Shown one piece after another: positions 41,515 to 50,417 of a stretch of 64,000 nucleotides of DNA; position 1 is the first letter of the stretch, and each line of letters starts with the position of its first letter. The DNA comes from an uncultured beta proteobacterium (GTDB lineage: Bacteria > Pseudomonadota > Gammaproteobacteria > Burkholderiales > JAEUMW01). The notes beneath the pieces were generated by a model, which saw only the letters and a program-made list of their open reading frames with translations, ran no database searches and was not told the DNA's origin. Location: assembly GCA_963734295.1 (NCBI GenBank), contig CAVTGS010000021.1, forward strand, positions 4,892 to 68,891, in the 5' to 3' direction. The position numbers were made by a program, and so were the translations under genes.

Positions 41515-42345
41515 ATGCTCTACCCCGAACTTTTTCGCGTCCTCGAGAAATCTCGCTGGAACATGGCCGCCGATGTGCCCTGGGATCGGTTCGAAGCGGA
41601 CAAGCTCTCCGACGAGCACGCCCGCACCGTCAAGATGAATGCGATCACGGAGTGGTCCGCCCTGCCCGCCACCGAGATGTTCCTGCGTGACAATCACGGG
41701 GACAGCGATTTTTCCGCATTCATGTCGGTGTGGTTCTACGAAGAGCAGAAACACGCCCTGGTGCTCATGGAGTATCTGCGCCGATTCCGGCCCGAGCTGG
41801 CGCCGACCGAGGATGAGCTGCACGCCGTGCGGTTCGATTTCGACCCCGCCCCGCCGCTCGAGACGCTGATGCTGCATTTCTGCGGCGAGCTGCGCCTGAC
41901 CCAGTGGTATCGGTGCGCTGCGCAGTGGCACACCGAGCCCGTGATCAAGCATATCTACGAATTGATCTCCAAGGACGAGGCACGGCACGGCGGCGCGTAC
42001 TTGCGGTACATGAAGAAGGCGATCGAGCGCTGCGGTGATACGGCGCGACGCGCCTTCGCGAAGGTAGGTGTGCTGATGGCCTCGAGCGCGCGCAGCGGCA
42101 AGCCGCTCCACCCGACCAATCTGCACGTGAGCAAGCGTCACTACCCCAGGGACACGGTGCAAAGCCGCCTGCCCGACCCGGACTGGCTCGATCGCTGGTT
42201 GACCGAACAGATCGGCTTCGACCGGGAATGGGAGTCGCGCGTCGTGGGCGGCATTCTCCGCAACCTGTCGTCCCTGTTCGGGCAGACGTTCACGTCCGTG
42301 CAGGAGTTGAACCGTTTCCGCAAGGGCCTCGCTGCCCCCGCCTGA
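41515..42345 (+). CDS. Soluble di-iron carboxylate protein, acyl-ACP-desaturase-like (ferritin-like fold)
   Basis: It has two E-x-x-H iron motifs in the same context as plant or mycobacterial acyl-ACP desaturases: WFYEEQKHALVLMEYL and ISKDEARHGGAYLRYM. ATG at 41515 lies behind GAAAGG. Confidence 0.6.
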   Translation: MLYPELFRVLEKSRWNMAADVPWDRFEADKLSDEHARTVKMNAITEWSALPATEMFLRDNHGDSDFSAFMSVWFYEEQKHALVLMEYLRRFRPELAPTEDELHAVRFDFDPAPPLETLMLHFCGELRLTQWYRCAAQWHTEPVIKHIYELISKDEARHGGAYLRYMKKAIERCGDTARRAFAKVGVLMASSARSGKPLHPTNLHVSKRHYPRDTVQSRLPDPDWLDRWLTEQIGFDREWESRVVGGILRNLSSLFGQTFTSVQELNRFRKGLAAPA

Positions 42346-42370
42346 CCGGGCGAGCGCTGGCAATGTAACG

Positions 42371-42865
42371 GTGACTGCCTATCCACCACCGGGTTTCGAC
42401 GTCAAGATCTGCGACCCGGCGGGACTGCACACAGCGCTCTCGGCGCTGGCGCGACCCCTGGTTTTCACCAACGGCTGCTTCGATATCCTGCACCGCGGCC
42501 ACGTCACCTATCTCGCTCAAGCCCGCGCGCTCGGCGCGAGCCTGCTGGTCGCGGTCAACACCGACGCCTCGGTCAGGCACCAGAACAAGGGCGAAGACCG
42601 CCCGATCAACCGGCTCGAGGACCGTATGGCCGTGCTCGCCGCGCTGGAGGCCGTGACGCTCGTCACCTCTTTCGATGAGGACACGCCGCTCGATCTCATC
42701 CTGCGCTGCCGCCCCGACGTGCTCGTGAAGGGCGGCGACTGGCCGCCGGAGCGCATCGTCGGCGCGGCGGAGGTCCGCGGCTGGGGCGGCACGGTGCACG
42801 CGATTCCCTTTCTGCACGAGCGCTCCACGACCGCGGTGGTGGCGCGCATACGGGCTCACTCGTAG
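42371..42865 (+). CDS. D-glycero-beta-D-manno-heptose-1-phosphate adenylyltransferase (RfaE domain II, stand-alone)
   Basis: 164 aa. VFTNGCFDILHRGHV.YL..A..LG..L.VA.N.D.SV...KG..RP.N....R..VLA.L..V..V..F.EDTP......RPD..VKGGDW is a cytidylyltransferase-fold HxGH motif. Confidence 0.85.
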   Translation: MTAYPPPGFDVKICDPAGLHTALSALARPLVFTNGCFDILHRGHVTYLAQARALGASLLVAVNTDASVRHQNKGEDRPINRLEDRMAVLAALEAVTLVTSFDEDTPLDLILRCRPDVLVKGGDWPPERIVGAAEVRGWGGTVHAIPFLHERSTTAVVARIRAHS

Positions 42866-42875
42866 GATTGCCGCC

Positions 42876-44243
42876 ATGCTCGACACCGCGCTCGCGGCAC
42901 GCCTCGGGTCGTTGCTCGACCGGGGACGGCTCTTCACCGATGCCGTGGACTGCTACGCCTACGCCTACGACAACACGCGCAAGATCTTTCCGCCCGATGC
43001 GGTCGTCTTTCCCGAATCGGCGGAGGAAGTGCGGGCGATCGTGGCCGCATGCAACGAGTTCGGCGTGCCGCTGGTGGCGCGCGGCCGCGGTACCGGCACC
43101 GCCGGCGGCAGTCTGCCCGAGCGCGGCGGCATCGTGCTCTCGCTCGAGCGCATGCGCCGCATCGTGTGCATGGATCCCGCGAACCGCGTCATGGTGGTGG
43201 AGCCGGGGGTTCTGAACCAGGAAGTCCAGGATGCCGCAGCCGAACATGGCTACTTCTGGCCGCCCGATCCATCGAGCGCCTCGTACTGCAGCGTGGGCGG
43301 CAATCTCGCCACCTGTGCCGCCGGCCCCCACGCGGTCAAGTACGGCACCACCCGCGACCACGTGCTCGGTCTGAAAGCCGTCACGGGGTCGGGCGAGCTG
43401 ATTCGAACCGGCTGCTACACCACCAAGGGCGTGGTCGGCTACGACCTTACCCGGCTCATCATCGGCTCCGAGGGCACGCTCGCGGTGATCGTGGAGGCCA
43501 CCCTGAAGCTCACGCCGAAGCCGGCGTCGGTGGGCGGCCTCACCGCGCACTACCGCGACGCGGCGAGCTGCGCCCAAGCCATCGTCGCGGTCATGGGCCA
43601 GCCGCGCACGCCGAGCGCGCTGGAGTTTCTCGATGCGGGATCGTTGTCGCTGCTGCGCGCCCACCATCCCGGGCTGGTGCCCGACCAAGCGCAGGCGACG
43701 CTCATGATCGAAGTGGACGGTTCGGCACAGGAGGTACAGGACTCCGCCGCCGCGATCCTCGAGGCCTGCCGCAACGCCGGGCTGGTCGCCGCCGAGCCGA
43801 GCCATGACAGCGGGCAACTGTGGGCCGCGCGCAAGGCGCTGTCGCCGCTCTTGCGCGACATTGCACCGAAGAAGATCAACGAGGATGTCGCCGTGCCGGT
43901 GTCCCGGCTGCCGGCGCTCCTGGACGGGCTCGCCAGACTGGCGGCGAAGCATCGCGTGGCGAACGTCAACTTCGGCCACGGCGGCAACGGCAACATTCAC
44001 GTCAATCTGCTGGTGGACCCCGGCCGCGGCGACGAGCTGCAACGCGCCGAGGCCTGTCTCGAAGAGGTGTTCGATCTCGTGGTGGCGCTGGGCGGAACGC
44101 TGTCGGGAGAGCATGGCGTCGGCAGCGAGAAGCGCGCGTTCATCGGCAAGGAGCTCGATGCGGCGACCATCGGGCTCATGCGGAAGGTGAAGCAGGTCTT
44201 CGATCCGGCCGGCATCCTGAATCCGGGCAAGCTCTTCCCGTAA
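42876..44243 (+). CDS. FAD-linked oxidase (GlcD / D-lactate dehydrogenase family)
   Basis: 455 aa. P..VV.P.S.EEV..IV..C.....P.V.RG.GTG..GG..P....IVLS..RM..I....P.N....V.PGV ... GTLSGEHGVG..K..F are the FAD_binding_4 and FAD-oxidase_C patterns. Confidence 0.85.
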   Translation: MLDTALAARLGSLLDRGRLFTDAVDCYAYAYDNTRKIFPPDAVVFPESAEEVRAIVAACNEFGVPLVARGRGTGTAGGSLPERGGIVLSLERMRRIVCMDPANRVMVVEPGVLNQEVQDAAAEHGYFWPPDPSSASYCSVGGNLATCAAGPHAVKYGTTRDHVLGLKAVTGSGELIRTGCYTTKGVVGYDLTRLIIGSEGTLAVIVEATLKLTPKPASVGGLTAHYRDAASCAQAIVAVMGQPRTPSALEFLDAGSLSLLRAHHPGLVPDQAQATLMIEVDGSAQEVQDSAAAILEACRNAGLVAAEPSHDSGQLWAARKALSPLLRDIAPKKINEDVAVPVSRLPALLDGLARLAAKHRVANVNFGHGGNGNIHVNLLVDPGRGDELQRAEACLEEVFDLVVALGGTLSGEHGVGSEKRAFIGKELDAATIGLMRKVKQVFDPAGILNPGKLFP

Positions 44244-44915
44244 TCAGCCTCGTCCCGCGGGGGTCGGGCACACGTGAAACTTGAGCTCGATGCCCGGAGA
44301 TCCGCTCGCGATCGCTTCCAGCTGCGCTCGCTCCGCGACGGTCAGGTCCCTGATCTGCAGCGTGACGGTTCGATTGCCGGAGGGTTTCGGCTGCACGACC
44401 GCATCGCCCACGCCCTTGGCCTTGAGATAGGCGAGGTGGCGATTCGCGGCCTCTTCGCTCTTGAAGAAACCGAGAGAGATCCCGCTGCGCAGCTCGCCAT
44501 CGTTGATCACGAACTGATCCGTGACACCGCCCCGCTTGAGCTCCTCCACGCGCGCGTTGAGGTCGGCCCGGCGCGCGATCGGCGGGATGATGACAAGGTA
44601 GCTGCTCGCGCCCGGCGTGTCGGCGCGAGACATTCGGGCACCGAGGTCGAGCGGCGCGAGCCGCGTTTCCGCCGCGGCGATCTGGCTCTCGGGAAAGCTG
44701 CCCCAAGCAGCGCAGGCAAGCGGCTCCCGAACTTCCTCGGTGATCGTCGCGGAGGCCGCGCGCGCATCGCGGTCGGTGCCTACGATACGAATCGCCTCGG
44801 GATGGATCTGCCGCCGCGCGGGTTCGCTGTGGGTCGAGTCGCTCCCACCCTCCATCAGGAGCGAGGCGGCAACCAGGAGGTTCGCCACGAGCAGGACGAT
44901 GGGGACGAGTCTCAT
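44244..44915 (-). CDS. SPOR-domain-like membrane-anchored protein
   Basis: N-terminal anchor MRLVPIVLLVANLLVAASLL. The C-terminus ..ISLGFFKSEEAANRHLAYLKAKGV resembles a SPOR repeat. ATGA overlap with coaX. Confidence 0.5.
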   Translation of the reverse strand: MRLVPIVLLVANLLVAASLLMEGGSDSTHSEPARRQIHPEAIRIVGTDRDARAASATITEEVREPLACAAWGSFPESQIAAAETRLAPLDLGARMSRADTPGASSYLVIIPPIARRADLNARVEELKRGGVTDQFVINDGELRSGISLGFFKSEEAANRHLAYLKAKGVGDAVVQPKPSGNRTVTLQIRDLTVAERAQLEAIASGSPGIELKFHVCPTPAGRG

Positions 44916-45643
44916 GATGATTCCGCTGCGATGACGAGCAATCCCTCGAGCACCAGATTGTCCACCACGCGAGCGTCCGGCGCGAGATGCGGCCGCAATG
45001 CCCCGATCGCTCCACCCGTTGCTACGAGTCTCACCGGGCCGCCGACCTGCGCGCTCAGCCGGCGGCCGCAACGCTCGACGGCGCCGGCAACGGCATCGAT
45101 CGCGCCGCTCGCGATCGCATCGGCGGTCGTCCGCGGAAAATCGGCATAGGCACCGGTTGCGCGCGCGAGTCGGGCGGTGTCACGAGCCAGGGCGTCCAGC
45201 ATCAGCCACAAGCCCGGCAGGATGAGACCGCCCAGGAAATCGCCCTCCGCGGTTAGCGCGTCGACCGTCACTGCGGTGCCGGCGCTCACCACCAGGCACG
45301 CACCGGCGTGCATCGCGCGGGCCCCGATCAGGGCGGCCCAGCGGTCGGTGCCGAGCTGCGACGGATCGTCATAAAGGTTGCGAACCCCGCACTGCGCCGT
45401 CCGACTCTCGATCCAACGCACTCCGATACGCTGCACCCCGAGCATCGCGTCGATTCTCCCCGCGATGGCAGGCTCCGAGACGTTCGACCCGATCGCCTGA
45501 CACGCAGTCGGCAAACCCGTCCAGGCAGGCAGCAGGGCGGCGTGCTGCGCATGGTCGACGGCACCCGCGTCGATCCAGCGCAAGCCGTCGTGGAGGCCCC
45601 ACTTGATCCGGCTGTTGCCGACATCGATCGCGAGCACCACCAT
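44912..45643 (-). CDS. coaX: Type III pantothenate kinase
   Basis: MVVLAIDVGNSRIKWG ... GTDRW ... V.AGTA.T.D ... GG.I.PG are the CoaX motifs. Start taken at MVVLAID. Confidence 0.9.
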   Translation of the reverse strand: MVVLAIDVGNSRIKWGLHDGLRWIDAGAVDHAQHAALLPAWTGLPTACQAIGSNVSEPAIAGRIDAMLGVQRIGVRWIESRTAQCGVRNLYDDPSQLGTDRWAALIGARAMHAGACLVVSAGTAVTVDALTAEGDFLGGLILPGLWLMLDALARDTARLARATGAYADFPRTTADAIASGAIDAVAGAVERCGRRLSAQVGGPVRLVATGGAIGALRPHLAPDARVVDNLVLEGLLVIAAESS

Positions 45644-45662
45644 GATCGTGAAAACTCGCCCC

Positions 45663-46634
45663 CTACCCGCGCAGGCTGACGTCACCGGCGAGGAAGGCCC
45701 GCGTCGTCCCGCCTTGTTCGAGCAGCAGCGCGCCCTCGTCGTTCACCCCGCGCGCAATCCCGGTCTCCCGCACACCATCGGGCCGCAAGAGCGCAACGGG
45801 GCGGTCCTGATGCACGTGGCTGCGTTCCCACTCGGCCCGGAACGGGGCGAAGCCGTCTTGCTCGAACGCGGACAGAGCGATGGAAAGCTGCCACAGGAGG
45901 GCACCGAGGATGGCGTTCCGGTTTGCGCTGTCGACCCCCGCCTGCACCAGATCGACCGCCGGCTGATCGATGCGGCTGCGCAGCGCCGGCGAAAGTCGGA
46001 CGTTCACGCCGATCCCGATGACGGCCGCGCTCGGCCCGAGCGCGTCGCCCTCGACCTCGATCAGGATGCCGCCCAGCTTGCCCGCAGGCAGGACGAGATC
46101 GTTCGGCCACTTGAGCATGACTTCTCGCGCGCCGAGCCCACGCAGTGCGCGGACGAGTGCGACACCCACGGCGAGGCTCAAGCCGGTCAAGGCGGCGACG
46201 CCTCGTTCGAAGCGCCAGAGCAGGGAGAAGGTGAGCGCCGCACCGAGCGCCGACGACCAGCCACGCCCGCGCCGGCCGCGGCCTCGAGTCTGCAGTTCCG
46301 CTGCGACCACGGTGGCGTGGGCTGCGCCCGCGCGGGCGAGATCCACCAGGACGGTGTTCGTCGAATCGCAGCTCGCCTCCACGCGCAGGATGAGCGTGCT
46401 CGCGGCATCGCGAGCGGCGGCGCGAATCTGGTCGGCGTCGAGCCACGACGGCGCTTCGTCGAGCCGGTAACCGAGGCCGCGCGAGCGCACGACGTGGACC
46501 CCCAGTCCGTCGAGCCCCTTGAGGGCGTTGTGGATGGTGCCACGGCTCACGCCGAAGGCGCGGGCGAGCACCTCGCCCGAGCAAAACTCGGCATGCGACA
46601 GGACGCGCAGAACGGGAAGGGTGAATTCGTTCAT
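45663..46634 (-). CDS. birA: Bifunctional biotin-[acetyl-CoA-carboxylase] ligase / biotin operon repressor
   Basis: 323 aa. N-terminal HTH (SGEVLARAFGVSRGTIHNALKGL), then ..QTRGRGRRGR.W.S..G..L.FS... GL....KWPNDL is the BPL_LplA_LipB core. Confidence 0.9.
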   Translation of the reverse strand: MNEFTLPVLRVLSHAEFCSGEVLARAFGVSRGTIHNALKGLDGLGVHVVRSRGLGYRLDEAPSWLDADQIRAAARDAASTLILRVEASCDSTNTVLVDLARAGAAHATVVAAELQTRGRGRRGRGWSSALGAALTFSLLWRFERGVAALTGLSLAVGVALVRALRGLGAREVMLKWPNDLVLPAGKLGGILIEVEGDALGPSAAVIGIGVNVRLSPALRSRIDQPAVDLVQAGVDSANRNAILGALLWQLSIALSAFEQDGFAPFRAEWERSHVHQDRPVALLRPDGVRETGIARGVNDEGALLLEQGGTTRAFLAGDVSLRG

Positions 46635-46694
46635 GGCGGCGAAGCTTACGGGGCGCGCTCACCGCGTGTAAAGCGATCGGCGCCCGGCATGGTT

Positions 46695-48152
46695 TCAGGA
46701 AGGAGGCCTCGCTTCGCGCCGTCGCCGGAAGAAACGGAACACGTCCTGAAAGGACTGCCGCGCGAACGCAAACCCGAGCGCGGCATAAGTCGCAGCGCCG
46801 ACGAGCGCGAGCACCACCAATTGTGCAGCGGCAGGAAGCCCGCCCAGAGGCAGCAGCGCCTTGCCGGCGAGGACGACGAGCACCATCACGCCAGTGAGCG
46901 CCATCGGCACCAGGATGGTGCGGAAGAACCGCGGCAAGCCCTGTCCCAGTTCCCGAAACACGATATAGAAGACCGGAATGAACTCCACCACGTTCTGGAT
47001 ACAATACCCGGCCGCCACACCCACCACACCCCACTGAGCCCCGATCAGGAAAGCGGTGACGACCATGATGGTACCGATGACGCCGAGATAGAACAGCACG
47101 TCCGTTCTTCCTCGGGCCATCAGCACGGACCCGGTGGTACTCGTCAGCGATTGAATGAAGCCGATAGGGGCGAGCCAGGCGAGGACGCCGCTCATGGCCA
47201 GCCACTTGCTGCCCAACAGCACGGCGATGAACAAGTCCCGCAGCACGAAGAGTCCCGCCATCATCGGCGCGGTGACGAAGGCGATCACCGCGAGCGTCCG
47301 CAAATACAGCTCCGCCATCTCCTGCGGCGCCGCTTGCTGCCGGCTCATCACCGGATACAGCGCGCGCGCGGCAACGAACGTGAGGTTGCGCAGGGGAAAC
47401 AGCATGATCTTGTAGGCGAGGGAGTACAGCCCCAGGCTATCCGCCCCGAGCATGCGGCCGATGATCATGCTGTCCGCATTGCGGGAGAAATAGTTGATGA
47501 TGTTGAAGCCGACGAGATAGTCGCTGAAGCGCCGGATGCCCCGGAGCTCGTCCCGGCTCCACAGCCAGCGGGGCCGCAGCGGCGAGGCGAGCCAGAGCTG
47601 GATCGAAGAAACTACTGCGTACGTCAGGGAGGAGAGGGCGAGACTGTAGGGTCCTGCGCCCAGATATGCGGCGCTCACCGCCGCCGACAGACCGGACACG
47701 GCGGACACCGCCTCGATCCGGGCCAGCAGCGGAAAACGGGAGTTCCGCTCCAGCAGCGCCTGATGCACGGTGGTCGAACCCAGCAGCGGAAACGTCACCG
47801 CCAGCACCCACAAGACGCCTGTCACCGCGGGTGCATCGAATGCCAACGCCATCAGCGGCGCGAGCCCCGCCACCACGATCCCGAGCACGGCCCCCAGACC
47901 CAGGGTGAACCAGAAGGCGGTCAGGATCGTGTCTTCGTTGAGATCCTCCTTCTGGATCAGCGCGAGCCCGGTGCCCATGTCGCGCACCAGAGTTGCGAGA
48001 TTGGTCACCACCAGCGCCATCGCCACCACACCGTAGTCGGTCGGGGTCAGAAGCCGTGCCAGCCACATCACGCTGAGTAGCTGGATCCCTACCGACACTA
48101 CCCGCGAAACCGCGATCCAACGGGCGTTCGAAACCGCTCGACTGCGCATCAC
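46695..48152 (-). CDS. wzx: Polysaccharide/O-antigen flippase (Wzx, MOP/PST family)
   Basis: 485 aa with about 12-14 hydrophobic helices. The N-terminal ...W.AVSRVVSVGIQLLSVMWLARLLTP.DYGVVAMALVV is typical of the Polysacc_synt family. Confidence 0.8.
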   Translation of the reverse strand: MMRSRAVSNARWIAVSRVVSVGIQLLSVMWLARLLTPTDYGVVAMALVVTNLATLVRDMGTGLALIQKEDLNEDTILTAFWFTLGLGAVLGIVVAGLAPLMALAFDAPAVTGVLWVLAVTFPLLGSTTVHQALLERNSRFPLLARIEAVSAVSGLSAAVSAAYLGAGPYSLALSSLTYAVVSSIQLWLASPLRPRWLWSRDELRGIRRFSDYLVGFNIINYFSRNADSMIIGRMLGADSLGLYSLAYKIMLFPLRNLTFVAARALYPVMSRQQAAPQEMAELYLRTLAVIAFVTAPMMAGLFVLRDLFIAVLLGSKWLAMSGVLAWLAPIGFIQSLTSTTGSVLMARGRTDVLFYLGVIGTIMVVTAFLIGAQWGVVGVAAGYCIQNVVEFIPVFYIVFRELGQGLPRFFRTILVPMALTGVMVLVVLAGKALLPLGGLPAAAQLVVLALVGAATYAALGFAFARQSFQDVFRFFRRRREARPPS

Positions 48153-48254
48153 CTGCTCCCCTTCGCCCGCTCGATCACGGCCCGGAACCGGGCCTTCGTC
48201 CGACCTCGTCGCTGCACTTCACCCTACCCCATGCGTCGGGGTGAGGTGGACGCT

Positions 48255-49748
48255 CTATTGAACCGACCGGAGCGCGGCGCCGCGGAGCCTGCCGAGTGCC
48301 GACGCCGGTTCGCGCCACACCAGCGCCGCCTTCCGGATCGCCTTTTTCATTTTGAACAAGAGCCGCGTCGCGCCGATCGGACGATTGATCGGCCAGTCGA
48401 GCAGTGCCGGCCATTCCCGCGCGATGATGTCGTGCGGCAGCCGTCCCGAGCGGCGGTAGGAAGCAGGCAGCGAGAGCATGCGCTCGACGATTTCACGGTG
48501 ACACAGGGGGAAGATCGCGAACCCGGGATCGCACTCGGCATACTGGATCACCGAAGCCCATCCACCCATGTCCTGTTCGATCATGAAGAGATCGAGGGTA
48601 TCGAGAGCATTTGCAGTCGGAACCGATTCGAGCCAGGCTCGTGCGCGGGCCAGCGGCTCTTCCTCGAGCGGGCATTCGCAGTGCGCGACCAGCCGTTCGG
48701 GCGTAATTGTCGTCGCTTCGGTATCGGCTGCGCTCCAGTAGTATGCCCGCGCCACTTCGCCGGCATTGCCTGCCAGCACGGCGTGCCCCCCGGGCAGGCG
48801 CTTGTACATCGTCACGGCCTGCCAGCCGCGGCGCTCGCTGGTGGAGTAACCGATGCGGAACATCCACTCCTCGAGGTCCTCGTCGCGTGCCTGTTCCCTC
48901 GGCAGCACGCGGTGCCTGAGCCCGAAGCGTTTCGCGATCCGGCGCGCCGTGTCGCAGTCGGTGGCTGCGCCTTCATCCCCGATCTCGGCGGTGAAAAGCT
49001 CAAGACTGCGTGCCCACGCGCGCGCGCACGCGAGGAGCATCCGCGAGTCCCAGCCGGCGGTGAGCTTGAGGTAAGTCGGCGTCGCCGCGATGAGGGCCCC
49101 GATGTTCCGCTTGACCAGGGTGGCGATATCCGCGACTGCTTCATCCACCGATGCGGCCGTTGCCAGCGGCTGCGTCGGCCAGTGTCGAACCGTCCGCCAG
49201 GTGCACAGGTCCAGATAATGATTCGGCAGAATGCGTTCCACCCGGTACCGCGGCGTCATGTCCAGGGGATACATTCCTTCCGTATAGGGAATGCCGATGG
49301 CGAAAGCCAGCTCCACCCGATCGCGGGTGTGTGCATCATAAGGGATCAGACTCAGGGTCGACGCGACCATGCGCTGGTGGGCGCAGTAAACGGCCGACAG
49401 CGAGCCGCACGGGTCCAGGTAGCAGCGCGGGTGTGGATCAAGCACGACCGCCGCAAATCGCCCGCCGAAGCCGTAGATGAATGCCTCCAGCGCGTCGTTC
49501 GACGCGAGCGCTTGAGCGGATACCGGTACCACGTCCCCGTCGCTCAGAAGCGTGCCGGCCACACTGATCGGATAGCCCAGCATCCAGCCCTGGGTGCGGC
49601 CGTCCCCGCCTGACAGTCGCATGGCCGGCAATGCCGGGTGTCGACCCAGGCACCAATCCCCGATCCGGTCGGATACCCAGCCCGGCGGCGCCCGGTTCTC
49701 GCCGGCACTCAACACGAACTGCCCGATCAGTCGCATGTAATCGATCAC
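48255..49748 (-). CDS. Hypothetical protein with asparagine-synthetase-like PP-loop (adenine nucleotide alpha-hydrolase) core, no N-terminal Cys glutaminase
   Basis: 497 aa. LKLTAGWDSRMLLACA sits where AsnB-type enzymes carry SGGxDS. The N-terminus starts MIDYM, not MCG. I recognise no other family. Confidence 0.35.
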   Translation of the reverse strand: MIDYMRLIGQFVLSAGENRAPPGWVSDRIGDWCLGRHPALPAMRLSGGDGRTQGWMLGYPISVAGTLLSDGDVVPVSAQALASNDALEAFIYGFGGRFAAVVLDPHPRCYLDPCGSLSAVYCAHQRMVASTLSLIPYDAHTRDRVELAFAIGIPYTEGMYPLDMTPRYRVERILPNHYLDLCTWRTVRHWPTQPLATAASVDEAVADIATLVKRNIGALIAATPTYLKLTAGWDSRMLLACARAWARSLELFTAEIGDEGAATDCDTARRIAKRFGLRHRVLPREQARDEDLEEWMFRIGYSTSERRGWQAVTMYKRLPGGHAVLAGNAGEVARAYYWSAADTEATTITPERLVAHCECPLEEEPLARARAWLESVPTANALDTLDLFMIEQDMGGWASVIQYAECDPGFAIFPLCHREIVERMLSLPASYRRSGRLPHDIIAREWPALLDWPINRPIGATRLLFKMKKAIRKAALVWREPASALGRLRGAALRSVQ

Positions 49749-50417
49749 GAATTTTTCACCTTTGGAAGCCCGAACGACGGAAGTGATGGGCCCAAGCTTA
49801 GCGGCTGAGCGCTTCGGCGTTCAACCGGACGCGCATCGACCCGAAGGGTCTCGATCCAGTGGCCCGCACCATGGGTTCCTCCTCGAGCAGAGGCTACCAG
49901 CGCCCGACCGCGATCGGCGTATAAACGATCGGCAAGGCGGATAGGCCGGCGCAGTGGACCGGGCGCTCGGATCAAGAAACGTGCCACATCGATGCTCCGG
50001 AACCAGTCCGCGCACAGCGAGCAGTGCCCACCCGCGCGGCCAGCCGGAACCGGGCGATATCGCAACTGGCCCCGGCGCGGCAGACGATCGGTGTGCGGAA
50101 CGCAGCACAGTAGTCTACGAAATGTCGGCGTAGAGCGGTGCCATCGACAGTCGCTCCCGAGCGGTCGCCTCTCCGCGGGCAATGCACCCTCTGGCGCGTT
50201 GTGTGCAAGAACAATATGATCGGGGGCCAGCAAAAGGAGTGTGAAGCGAGTAGGCTGCTCGTCCCCCGCCGCGCGCGCAGGATGGTCCGCGCAAGGCGGC
50301 CGTCGATCGCACGGCCTGGGACCGGGGGGCGCGTCGCGATACATTTACGAACAACTGTGTCATCGGACACCCACGCGCTACCGCTCGATCCTCGATCTTC
50401 CTGAATTTCCACGACTC

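Noticed and set aside
45603-48080. 825-aa plus-strand ORF antisense to birA and the Wzx flippase
   Set aside because: Its composition (R, G, H, P, E, D runs) is the mirror of the hydrophobic flippase codons. There is no start context and no motifs. A shadow ORF.
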